A stretch of 32,000 bases of DNA from Ignicoccus pacificus DSM 13166 (GTDB taxonomy: Archaea > Thermoproteota > Thermoprotei_A > Sulfolobales > Ignicoccaceae), in assembly GCA_025340205.1 (NCBI GenBank), contig CP006868.1, positions 690,001 to 722,000 of the forward strand, written 5' to 3'. Shown here piece by piece: positions 18,889 through 27,525 of the stretch (positions are counted from its first letter, which is position 1; every line of letters starts with the position of its first letter). The notes under the pieces are model-generated. The model saw only the letters and a list, made by a program, of their open reading frames with translations, had not been told where the DNA came from and did not search any database. The translations under genes were made by a program, and so were the position numbers.

Positions 18889-18921
18889 CAGCAGGGCTTC
18901 GGGCTCCAGACGGGGAGGGCG

Positions 18922-18979
18922 AGCCGGGCAGGCGGGGAGAACCCCCGTGACCGGGGTTCGAATCCCCGCCCGGCTACCA
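18922..18979 (+). other. tRNA-like element: 3'-half-like sequence (T-arm, acceptor strand, encoded CCA) lacking normal D and anticodon arms
   Basis: AGCCGGG 18922-18928 pairs with CCCGGCU 18969-18975; CGGGG-AGAAC-CCCCG arm 18933-18947; T-arm CGGGG-UUCGAAU-CCCCG 18952-18968; A76 discriminator-like base and CCA 18977-18979. Confidence 0.6.
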
Positions 18980-19019
18980 CTTACCTAAAACCTCTCACAC
19001 CTCGTACCTCCCGGTAGCC

Positions 19020-20204
19020 ATGAACCTCAAAGAAATCGAGAAAGAGCTAGGATTTCCCATCGAGATCGTGGAAGAAGGAAGGACTAAGGTAATCGTCCCG
19101 AGAATGAGCGAATACCTCAGACCCGATGGAGTGTATGAGCCCAGCCACGCTCCAGTCTTCTACAATCCCAGAGCCAAGTTCAACAGGGACGTGGCTGTAG
19201 TCATAGGGAAAGCGCTCAGAGAGGAGCTCGGGAGGCTAGACGTCCTCGAACCCCTAGCGGGGAGCGGAGTGAGAAGCGTAAGGTATGCTAGGGAGTGCGA
19301 TGCGACGAAGGTATTAGCAGTTGACGTAGATCCCTTAGCAGTAAAACTGATAGAGTTTAATGCATTGATAAATAATGTTTATGATAAGATTAAGGTTTTA
19401 AACAACGACGCCAACGCTGTCTTGCATTCAAGAGAGCTTAGAGGAGGCTATTTCGATCTAGTTGATGTTGACCCCTTCGGGTCACCCATGCCCTTTGCGG
19501 ATGGAGCGATAAGAGCGACTAGGAGAAGGGGGATCGTGGCATTTACCGCCACTGACACCGCTCCTTTAACGGGAGCGAAACCTCAATCGGCCCTACGAAA
19601 GTATTGGAGTGCTGTAAAGAGGACTCCTTTCTCCAAGGAGCTCGCGATAAGGGTACTAATAGGAGCTGTAGTAAGGGTCGCTTCAGTAAGGGAAGTGAGC
19701 TTGAGGCCAGAAATAGCTTTCTTCAAGGACTATTATGTTAGAGTCGAGTTGAGGCTGGACAGAGGGGCGGGGAGAACTGATCAAACTTTGGCTCAATTGG
19801 GTTACCTTGCATATGACGAGAGAAATTACGACGTTAGGGTCCTAGAAGGTTTTCCTCTACCAAAAGAGGTTCCCAAAGGCTACACCGTATTAGGCCCCCT
19901 GTGGCTCGGAAACCTCACTGGACCCCTAAGCGAGAGGGCATTGAAGTATGAGGAGTTCCCGAAGGTCGTTGAATTCATAAAGAGGATTAGGATGGAGGAC
20001 GAAATTGGAGTTCCTTACTCCTACAAGATAGAGAAGGTGGCTAGCCTATTACACACTCACATGCCCAGCCCCAGACTCGTAGTGGAGAAGCTCAGAGAGA
20101 TAGGGTATAAAGCAGTACTAGCCCACTACGATCACACCGCCGTAAAGACCAACGCTCCTAGAGAAGATGTGTTTAAGGTCGTGAAGGAGCTCTCTCCACT
20201 TTGA
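19020..20204 (+). CDS. trm1: tRNA (guanine26-N2)-dimethyltransferase
   Basis: FYNPRAKFNRDVAVV, DVLEPLAGSGVRSVRYA, DLVDVDPFGSPMPFADGAIRATRRRGIVAFTATDTAPL. Confidence 0.93.
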   Translation: MNLKEIEKELGFPIEIVEEGRTKVIVPRMSEYLRPDGVYEPSHAPVFYNPRAKFNRDVAVVIGKALREELGRLDVLEPLAGSGVRSVRYARECDATKVLAVDVDPLAVKLIEFNALINNVYDKIKVLNNDANAVLHSRELRGGYFDLVDVDPFGSPMPFADGAIRATRRRGIVAFTATDTAPLTGAKPQSALRKYWSAVKRTPFSKELAIRVLIGAVVRVASVREVSLRPEIAFFKDYYVRVELRLDRGAGRTDQTLAQLGYLAYDERNYDVRVLEGFPLPKEVPKGYTVLGPLWLGNLTGPLSERALKYEEFPKVVEFIKRIRMEDEIGVPYSYKIEKVASLLHTHMPSPRLVVEKLREIGYKAVLAHYDHTAVKTNAPREDVFKVVKELSPL

Positions 20205-20409
20205 TTCCCATCCATTCGGCTACTTCCAACAACGCCTTCAGTAATCTTCCTCGGGGCTCGTTGAGTACCCTTATCTCCTCTGAGCTCAACATCTCAATAA
20301 TGAGAGAGGCCATAGTCCTCATGCTTACTTCTTCGTTCAGCTTAACCGTTATCTCACATTCTCCCTTTTCACATATATCCTTACAACCCTCATGACAAAC
20401 TTCTACCAT
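20173..20409 (-). CDS. Small conserved-looking protein of unknown function (78 aa)
   Basis: ORF with 7-nt overlap into the upstream phosphoesterase gene on the same strand; overlaps the trm1 3' end by 32 nt. Confidence 0.5.
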   Translation of the reverse strand: MVEVCHEGCKDICEKGECEITVKLNEEVSMRTMASLIIEMLSSEEIRVLNEPRGRLLKALLEVAEWMGIKVERAPSRP

Positions 20410-20981
20410 GCTCTCAACCTCTTCAGGACAACACGTCCTTGATCAGCAATAACGATGGCGTAATAACCGTCCCTTAGAGGCCCTGGGTTTACGACTAGCG
20501 TTTCACTGAAGAACTGGTACCCCCTTGACTCGTGCACGTGACCTACAAGGGCCAGCTTTGGTCTTTTCTCCTCGAGGAGCTCCCTTATCTCATACAAGCC
20601 GATGTGAGCACCGCTCCAAGCTCTGTCAAGAATTCCCTTTGGGGGGTAATGGGAAACGAGGACGTCGAAGTTCTTCTTTCTTATAATATTTACTGAGGTT
20701 TCTATGGATTGTGCCGACACTCCAGCGAACCTTAGATCTCCTACTTCCACCACCTTGTTCTCAATGCTGTACCCCAAGCGCTCCAACTCGTCGGCGATCT
20801 GAGGGTCGTCCAAGTTCCCCGTGACCGCTAGTGTCTCGCTCCTCGCCTCTTCCAATGCCCTCACAGTGCTCAAGCACTCGAGATCTCCGCTAACTACTAC
20901 TAAATCATATTCCTCCTCGTTAAGGACCTTCCTCAAAGCATCATCATTACAATGAACGTCACTTATATGAAGGATCTTCAT
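20403..20981 (-). CDS. Calcineurin-like metallophosphoesterase
   Basis: ISDVHCND, VVSGDLE, VTGNLDD, VSHYPPKG, LVGHVHE. Confidence 0.9.
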   Translation of the reverse strand: MKILHISDVHCNDDALRKVLNEEEYDLVVVSGDLECLSTVRALEEARSETLAVTGNLDDPQIADELERLGYSIENKVVEVGDLRFAGVSAQSIETSVNIIRKKNFDVLVSHYPPKGILDRAWSGAHIGLYEIRELLEEKRPKLALVGHVHESRGYQFFSETLVVNPGPLRDGYYAIVIADQGRVVLKRLRAW

Positions 20982-21283
20982 CTTCTCTTCCTCTTCTTCG
21001 GGACTAGTGCGTCTAGTGATATCCCTTTCTTATTGTCGACTAACACGAAGGTTCTTCCCCTGACGTCGAGGAGCTCGGCTCCGAGTCTCTCCGCTACCTC
21101 CCTCGCCACGTCCTTCCTATCATATTCCAGAATTCTAATTACGCTCTTCTCTATCTTCACCTTAACATAGCCCTTGTCCCTAAGTTGCCTCTTTATCTCG
21201 TTGAGCACCGCTTCGCTCAAGCCGTTCTTCCCTATGTGGACCGTGGGCTTCATCTGAGATAGTCTTCCCCTCAGTTCCTTCAA
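20978..21283 (-). CDS. YhbY/CRM-domain RNA-binding protein
   Basis: LRGRLSQMKPTVHIGKNGLSEAVLNEIKRQLRDKGYVKVKI ... REVAERLGAELLDVRGRTFVLV. Confidence 0.88.
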   Translation of the reverse strand: MKELRGRLSQMKPTVHIGKNGLSEAVLNEIKRQLRDKGYVKVKIEKSVIRILEYDRKDVAREVAERLGAELLDVRGRTFVLVDNKKGISLDALVPKKRKRR

Positions 21284-21593
21284 CGCTAGCTACCGGGTAC
21301 CTCCTCACGTATCCGCAGTTTAAGCACGCGCGTACGACGGTAGGAATCCCTTTGTTTCTTATACGTACCCTTAAGGTCCTTCCGGGAATTAAGGGTACGA
21401 AGCACCTTCTACACACGCTTCTCTTTGCATATCTAGGAACCTTGTAGCCTCCCTTCTTAGCGATCTTAAAAGCTGATCTCATTATCTCTGAAGCCCTTTG
21501 GAAGTTTCCTTTTTCCGCTTCCTCGAAGGCTATATGATAAAGGTTCCAAAACCTTTGCTTGGCTAGGTCCCTTAGCAACTTCCTCGACTTCAT
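21180..21593 (-). CDS. rnp4: RNase P protein component 4 (Rpr2/Rpp21)
   Basis: RYAKRSVCRRCFVPLIPGRTLRVRIRNKGIPTVVRACLNCGYVRRYP: archaeal Rpp21 zinc ribbon. Confidence 0.85.
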   Translation of the reverse strand: MKSRKLLRDLAKQRFWNLYHIAFEEAEKGNFQRASEIMRSAFKIAKKGGYKVPRYAKRSVCRRCFVPLIPGRTLRVRIRNKGIPTVVRACLNCGYVRRYPVASVEGTEGKTISDEAHGPHREERLERSGAQRDKEAT

Positions 21594-21641
21594 GTAGGGC
21601 TGAACACCAAGGAGAGAAACTGAGGGTTGAGCTAAGAAAGC

Positions 21642-21833
21642 TTAGAAGAATAACGAGAGTCTGAGCACTTCCTCTTCCAAGCTCTCGATATAGTCGATTG
21701 CCTCCTGAAGCTTAGCCTCATCCACGCCAAACACCCTAGCAGCCGCAAGGGTGGTTTCCTTCCATTCCTCAAGAGTGTTCAGGACCATGTTAAAGAACAT
21801 CTCATCAGACTGAGCCTTGACTTGTACCTCCAT
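21642..21833 (-). CDS. Small hypothetical protein (63 aa)
   Basis: Open frame in a same-strand gene cluster; acidic/helical composition. Confidence 0.4.
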   Translation of the reverse strand: MEVQVKAQSDEMFFNMVLNTLEEWKETTLAAARVFGVDEAKLQEAIDYIESLEEEVLRLSLFF

Positions 21834-21913
21834 CTGATCTCCCCGCCCATACTATAGTGCTTTGGAGAACTAAGGAGAGAGTCGGGTAGTAGCATTTTGG
21901 AATTATCTGGCTA

Positions 21914-23968
21914 TTACCAAAGTCTCAAAATAGAGACAGTTATGTAAGAAACCACCATTGAGAGGGTTATGGATATCACTATCGAGAGGAGCGTCCACTT
22001 CCAACTCCCCGTTTCGCTTCTTATTACAGCTATGGTAGCAACACACGGTATGTAAAGGGTTATCGCTACCATCAAGCCTAACACTTGCGGGACGCTCAAC
22101 CCTAGTTTGGTAACCATTTGATAGACGTTAGAAGTACCGGTAAGTATCGCTAGGGTCTCTAGGACCACTTCTTTAGCAACGGTGCCTACGAGCATGGATA
22201 AGGACACTATCCAAGAGGCTTCCTTCCCAAGACCCAAGACTGCCATGGGAATATATTCCAACGCTTTACCGATTATTGCTCCCCAGCTCTGATCAATGCT
22301 ATTCACGAAGCCTTGAGGACCCGTATTGACCAAGAACCATAGTATTACAGAGAAGATCAAGATCACAGTGCCCGCCTTCTCTAAGAAATGCTTAGCGTTA
22401 TCCCACGCGATCCAAGAGATCACTCGCAGCTTAGGTACGTGATAAGGAGGGATTTCCATTATTAATTCCTCTACCTCGTCGGATCCTATAATTTTCTTTA
22501 TTATTGCAGCTATTATTAGAAATAGACCTAGAGCTAGGGTGTAAACGTAAAGTATTGAGAGGGCCTTGAGCATTCCTGGTAAGACGCTAGCTAATGCTAA
22601 CAGTACCACCAGCCTTGCTTGACAAGGTACTAGCGGGAGTGGAATTATAGTCGCTATCTTAGCACTCTTGGTTCTCATAACTCTGGCTGTAGGTACTCCA
22701 GCTACATTACAACCCATGCTAATTACTATTGGAAAGACGGCCTTCCCGCTAAGTCCCGCTGGACGGAAGAGCGGATCCATAGCCACTGCTATTCTGGAAG
22801 CTAGCCCAGAGTCCTCTAATAGAGCTAGAAGTAAGTAGACAGTAAAGACCAGCGGGAAGAAGGACAACACCGTACCAACTCCTAGTATAATTCCGTCGCC
22901 TATGAGAGAACCTACAGGCGGAGGCAAGGCGTTCTTCACCACTACTGAGATGGCGTTAAACACTTCCCCGAGAATACCGGAAATGCTGTAATGCTCTAGA
23001 AGAGTTGCTATGTCTTTTCTCCCTACCGCTTCCATTATTATGTTTAAAGGAAAACCTGTGTTTACAGTGAACGCAATACTCATTATAGTAAATAGAATGA
23101 GAAACGACGCTATTATACCTAGGATCGGATGCAACATTATCTTATCCATCCATTCCAATATCTTACTCTCCTTCGTCGTGACCACGCGCTCTTTCTCGAT
23201 AACTCCAGAGAGAAGCTCCTCTATCTTCTTCCACCGACTTTCAATAACTATCTTGCCTAGGTCGCCTAGCTCCTTCTTTGCTTCCTCCCTTAGGGAGACT
23301 AACTTCTCATAGACTTCCAGTGCCTTAAGTTTCTCTTCTACGACCTTATTCCCTAACATGAACTCTGCGGCATACCACCTAGGATTACCCTTAACCTTTC
23401 CGTAGAGCTCCTTCTCAATCATGGTTATGTAGTACTCTAGATCGCCGTAGTTTACGTCAAGGTATCTGACGTGTTGTCTTTCCATGGCCTTTCTTATTAC
23501 TTCGTCGACACCCTCTCCGTCAGCTGCACTCATTAACACGACGGGCTTCTGCAGCCTCTTCTCTAGGAGACTTTTGTTAATGTGAATACCGGCTTTAAGG
23601 GCCATGTCTATCTTGTTTATCGCGATTACCCCTATTCCACGAAGTTCGAGGATTTGAAGGGCCAAGTACATGGATCTTTTTAAAACGACTGCGTCCACCA
23701 CTATGACTACGTTGTCATAATCCTCCTCTATAAGGAATCTGGCGGCTATTCTCTCCTCCTCACTCCCTCCTGAGAGCGAGTTCGTACCAGGCAGATCTAT
23801 CAAGCAGACCTTTTCGTTATCGATTAAGGCTTCGATTACGTTTATACTAACCGTGACTCCGGGCCAATTAGCTACATGAGAAACATAAGAGCCTAACACT
23901 GAATTTATGAAAGTAGACTTGCCTACGTTAGGCTGTCCGGCCACGACTATCCTGTGACGACATTCCAA
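21914..23968 (-). CDS. feoB: Ferrous iron transport protein B
   Basis: GQPNVGKST (G1), LIDLPGT (G3), NKIDMA (G4), large multi-TM C-terminus with LPLVPCQARL and SMGCNVAGVPTARV. Confidence 0.93.
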   Translation of the reverse strand: MECRHRIVVAGQPNVGKSTFINSVLGSYVSHVANWPGVTVSINVIEALIDNEKVCLIDLPGTNSLSGGSEEERIAARFLIEEDYDNVVIVVDAVVLKRSMYLALQILELRGIGVIAINKIDMALKAGIHINKSLLEKRLQKPVVLMSAADGEGVDEVIRKAMERQHVRYLDVNYGDLEYYITMIEKELYGKVKGNPRWYAAEFMLGNKVVEEKLKALEVYEKLVSLREEAKKELGDLGKIVIESRWKKIEELLSGVIEKERVVTTKESKILEWMDKIMLHPILGIIASFLILFTIMSIAFTVNTGFPLNIIMEAVGRKDIATLLEHYSISGILGEVFNAISVVVKNALPPPVGSLIGDGIILGVGTVLSFFPLVFTVYLLLALLEDSGLASRIAVAMDPLFRPAGLSGKAVFPIVISMGCNVAGVPTARVMRTKSAKIATIIPLPLVPCQARLVVLLALASVLPGMLKALSILYVYTLALGLFLIIAAIIKKIIGSDEVEELIMEIPPYHVPKLRVISWIAWDNAKHFLEKAGTVILIFSVILWFLVNTGPQGFVNSIDQSWGAIIGKALEYIPMAVLGLGKEASWIVSLSMLVGTVAKEVVLETLAILTGTSNVYQMVTKLGLSVPQVLGLMVAITLYIPCVATIAVIRSETGSWKWTLLSIVISITLSMVVSYITVSILRLW

Positions 23969-24009
23969 GCTCGACCCCAGTTAGGTAAGCCTAACTGAAT
24001 AAAATAGTT

Positions 24010-25056
24010 TTAGAAGGAGGCGATTTTACTGATCACTTCATCAAAGGTCCTTACTAAACCTAAGCTCTCATCTGTCTTTCTGATACTCTCCTCCTTCGTA
24101 GCTAGGCCGAACATAGCTCTTATCGCATCTACGTTTTCTGGCGTAACTATGCTCTCTTGGTGAACTGCTTGCATCAAGAATAGTTCCTTTCCATTAACGC
24201 TTATGCTCTCTTCAAACACCGCTAGCTCATACAAGTCATGCCTTTTTCTTCCCATGTCCCTAGCCATCTCAATTAACTTAGCCGTATCCTTTATTCCACT
24301 GATCTTGGTTGGAACGAGGAGTATCCTAGGAGCCTTGTTAAGTGCTTCAATGACTTGATCTCTGCTCACCTCTTCCTTTAGTATCACGTTAACTACGTGA
24401 ACATGCATCAAGGTAGTAGGTACTACTACGGCGGTAGTGGCGATGTCTACCGGTAGCACCGTCCTCACGTCTATTCCATGATGACTTGGCAAGGTGACGG
24501 GGTTGGGGACTATAGCATCTATGGGTCCCTTCTTGGTCTCATGAGGATCCGCTCCTCTCCTCACTATGGTGGCCCTGACCCTTTCTACACCGAACTCCTT
24601 GTTTAAGGTACATAGAAGCCTGAGGAGGCCGGTGGTATTACACGAAACTACTCTTACGAACTGCTTATCCTTAGCGTCATCGTAATTACATAAAGTTGAG
24701 AAGCTGAAGCCTGCCACCTCATGCTTTTCACCACCTTGAAAGATCGCTCTAACACCATACTTCTCGTATAATGGTTTGTACTCCTTTCCTACTCCTCCAG
24801 GAGTGGCGTCAACCACTACGTCGACCTTTTGGAAGAGTTCGTCTATCGTACCAGCGACCTCCAAGTCCGCCTTCTTGAAGTCCTCAAGCTTGTTCTCAGG
24901 AACGTAAAGCAACCCTCTCTTACTTGCTGCCATAGCCAAGTAATCGGGCCTGGTCTTAGTTACTCCTATTAGTTCCATATCATCTTGTTTTACGATGGCT
25001 TCAGCCACTCTCTTTCCTATAGTACCGAATCCGTTTATTGCTACCTTCACCGCCAA
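24010..25056 (-). CDS. gap: Glyceraldehyde-3-phosphate dehydrogenase (archaeal type)
   Basis: VAINGFGTIGKRVAEAI, VVSCNTTGLLRLL catalytic Cys, PNPVTLPSHHGIDVRTV. Confidence 0.95.
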   Translation of the reverse strand: MAVKVAINGFGTIGKRVAEAIVKQDDMELIGVTKTRPDYLAMAASKRGLLYVPENKLEDFKKADLEVAGTIDELFQKVDVVVDATPGGVGKEYKPLYEKYGVRAIFQGGEKHEVAGFSFSTLCNYDDAKDKQFVRVVSCNTTGLLRLLCTLNKEFGVERVRATIVRRGADPHETKKGPIDAIVPNPVTLPSHHGIDVRTVLPVDIATTAVVVPTTLMHVHVVNVILKEEVSRDQVIEALNKAPRILLVPTKISGIKDTAKLIEMARDMGRKRHDLYELAVFEESISVNGKELFLMQAVHQESIVTPENVDAIRAMFGLATKEESIRKTDESLGLVRTFDEVISKIASF

Positions 25057-25090
25057 AGGATTCTCCCATGGTATTGAGGAGGCAAGCGTG

Positions 25091-25717
25091 TTAAGTTTGT
25101 CCTTCCGCTCCTCGCTTGCTTAGTCGTAGGTACTCTTCAATCGTATGGACAAAGGTTAACGGATCTATGCACGTAACGCCCAACTTCCTAGCCATCTTAC
25201 AAAGTCCTTCATCATTGCTTACGAGGACAGCGCTCATCTGGTAAGCTAACATAACCGCTTCTAGGTCTGCCACCGAGTCAAGTAAGCCCTTTCGGGTACT
25301 TTCTCTATATTTCTCTCTTAAATTCCTAATGTGCTCTCCCACATCTCCTCCGCTGAACGCTTTCCTCGTGCTCTCTTCGGCAACCCTCAACCCCTTGTCA
25401 AGTCTTCTCCTGACCTCCTCAACGTACTCGAGGAAGACCAGCGCCGGTATCTTGAGATCGTTGAGGGAAGGAGTGGCCGGGGTCAACCAAACGTTGAGCC
25501 TAGCAACTACTTCGCTGGGAGAGGAGCTCCTCTCTAAGAACCCCTTGATCTCCTTTAGGACGGAAGGAGTGGTGTAATAGGTAAAGCCTAGCCTCACCCT
25601 CCCTAGGGCCATTAGATCTAAGCATTTGTCTACAGCCTCCCATAACTCGCTTACTTGGAACCTCTTCCGGAGCCTCGGATCGGTGAGGGCGCTAGTATCT
25701 AGGACGAACTTCATCAA
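25091..25717 (-). CDS. PIN-domain ribonuclease, HARP family (RNA-free RNase P / 'RNA ligase partner', UPF0278)
   Basis: FVLDTSALTD; RRLDKGLRVAEESTRKA; LREKYRESTRKGLLDSVADLE..ML; VLVSNDEG. Active-site Asp pattern D7, DxxxD, then +18 D. Confidence 0.85.
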   Translation of the reverse strand: MMKFVLDTSALTDPRLRKRFQVSELWEAVDKCLDLMALGRVRLGFTYYTTPSVLKEIKGFLERSSSPSEVVARLNVWLTPATPSLNDLKIPALVFLEYVEEVRRRLDKGLRVAEESTRKAFSGGDVGEHIRNLREKYRESTRKGLLDSVADLEAVMLAYQMSAVLVSNDEGLCKMARKLGVTCIDPLTFVHTIEEYLRLSKRGAEGQT

Positions 25718-25766
25718 AACTTCTCTGCCCTGGCCAGATACTTAAATGAGATATTTAATAGAGGGG

Positions 25767-26147
25767 CTAGCAAGTTAAGTGAAGTATAACACTCGCTTTG
25801 ACGCCTTTCATTAAGTAGTAATCGTAGAGGGCCACTGCTTGTGGAGTTCTCATCTCGATTAACTCGATGCCTTTATCCTTCAAATATGACTTGACCTCAT
25901 CCATAACTACCATCTTTCCCTCAAAGCCGGTACCGACGATCAGTAATTCCCCTTCTAATACATCTTCGTATTGCTTCAACTCCTCTAGGGATAAGGGAGT
26001 GTGAAAGAACTTCCAAGCGTAACGCTTGGAGGGTTTCCTGTCCCTCCACAACACCCTAGAAGGGGTGATGATCACATCTTGCTCATAAGCAGTGCCAGTG
26101 ATTAATACCTTCCGCCAACCAAGGCCCGTTATAAAATTATATTTCAA
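25767..26147 (-). CDS. Mth938/DUF498-like domain protein
   Basis: GELLIVGTGFEGKM...GIELIEMRTPQAVALYDYYLMKGVKASVILHLTC. Confidence 0.7.
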   Translation of the reverse strand: MKYNFITGLGWRKVLITGTAYEQDVIITPSRVLWRDRKPSKRYAWKFFHTPLSLEELKQYEDVLEGELLIVGTGFEGKMVVMDEVKSYLKDKGIELIEMRTPQAVALYDYYLMKGVKASVILHLTC

Positions 26148-27426
26148 GGTCCCTTACCCTCATGTTCAAGTACTTCCTTGGATCAGTTATCTTGCCCTCT
26201 ATAGCACTGGCCGCTGCCGTGGCTGGACTGGCTAGGTACACCTTGCTGCTTCTATGTCCACTCCTCCCCTTGAAGTTTCTGTTGGTGGTGAACAAGCCGA
26301 CCTCGTCAGGACCTAGAACTCCGTAGTGAGCTCCCACACAAGGTCCACAGGTTCCGAAGGTCACCATACATCCCGCTTCGGTAAGAATGTCTACATATCC
26401 CTTCTTCAAGGCCTCTAAGTAGACGTTCCTCGAAGCAGCTATCACTATACACCTCGTATTGTTGGCTATCTTCTTACCCTTCAATATCTTGGCTGCAACA
26501 GCTAGGTCTTCTAGCCTTCCGTTAGTACAGCTTCCTATGAATACTTGATCTATCTCTAGACCCTCTAGCTCGCTTACGGGAACTCCGTTGGCGGGAGAAT
26601 AAGGTTTGGCCACCATGGGCTCTATCTTGTCTAACTCGTACGTGAACTCGTCCTTGTAGTGAGCTCCGGGATCGGGGAACGTGAGCTCGGGCTTAGGAGT
26701 ACCCTTTGCTCTTCCCTCCATGAACCTCATCACTTCCTCATCCGCTGGCATAAGACCTACCTTAGCGCCCATCTCAACTACCATGTTGCTTACCGTTAGT
26801 CTAGAGTCCATCCTCATGTCCTTTAGACCTTCACCCACAAATTCCGTACTCATATAAGTTGCTCCGTCCTCCTTTAGATCAGATATTATCTTCAGAATCA
26901 AGTCCTTACTCATAACAGCGTTTTGGAACTTACCCTTTAATTCAAACTTAAGCGCTTCTGGTACCTTAAACCACAGCTTTCCAGTCATCATGGCTATAGC
27001 GGCATCAGTGGAGCCCACACCGGTGGCAAAGGAGCCGACGGCCCCATAAGTTACGGTGTGTGAATCTGCTCCCACGACCACGCTTCCGGGATATGGATAT
27101 CCGTTCTCTACCATCACTTGATGACATATACCATTCCCCACATCGAAGAGCTTACATCCATGCCTCCTGCAGAACCTCCTCATAAGGATGTGGAGCTCAG
27201 AGGTGCCAGGGTTGTTACTCGGGGCGGTATGATCGATCACTAAGACCACTTTCTTCGGATCGGCTACCCTTTCTCCACCAAACCTTTCGTTCATGACCTT
27301 AATGGCCAAGGGCGCCGTTCCATCTTGTGCCATCACTGCATCTACTTCCACGGCAATTATGTCGCCCGGCGATACTTCCTTGCCTACCTTGGCTCCTAGT
27401 ATCTTTTCAGCTATAGTACTCGCCAA
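26137..27426 (-). CDS. leuC: 3-isopropylmalate dehydratase (or homoaconitase-type) large subunit
   Basis: VLVIDHTAPSNN, GADSHTVTYGAVGSFATGVGSTDAA, VFIGSCTNGRLEDL, TFGTCGPCVG Fe-S cysteines. Confidence 0.9.
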   Translation of the reverse strand: MASTIAEKILGAKVGKEVSPGDIIAVEVDAVMAQDGTAPLAIKVMNERFGGERVADPKKVVLVIDHTAPSNNPGTSELHILMRRFCRRHGCKLFDVGNGICHQVMVENGYPYPGSVVVGADSHTVTYGAVGSFATGVGSTDAAIAMMTGKLWFKVPEALKFELKGKFQNAVMSKDLILKIISDLKEDGATYMSTEFVGEGLKDMRMDSRLTVSNMVVEMGAKVGLMPADEEVMRFMEGRAKGTPKPELTFPDPGAHYKDEFTYELDKIEPMVAKPYSPANGVPVSELEGLEIDQVFIGSCTNGRLEDLAVAAKILKGKKIANNTRCIVIAASRNVYLEALKKGYVDILTEAGCMVTFGTCGPCVGAHYGVLGPDEVGLFTTNRNFKGRSGHRSSKVYLASPATAAASAIEGKITDPRKYLNMRVRDLEI

Positions 27427-27525
27427 GATAGCACCCCATGCCGCGTTCGCTTACAATAAATAAACTGTTTCTTCCGTCCCCATTTACATAGGTGAGAGAG
27501 GATTAGGGTTTCTGAAGAGATTTAC

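Noticed and set aside
18901-18910. GGGCTCCAGA resembling a tRNA-Trp anticodon loop (CUCCAGA)
   Set aside because: No room for acceptor and D-arm upstream (tRNA-Arg ends at 18888) and no complementary stem downstream.
18826-19017. Plus-strand 63-aa ORF RWSGVQIPAGPP...RGSNPRPATT
   Set aside because: Spurious translation across the tRNA-Arg and the tRNA-like element; both T-arm motifs are visible in the peptide.
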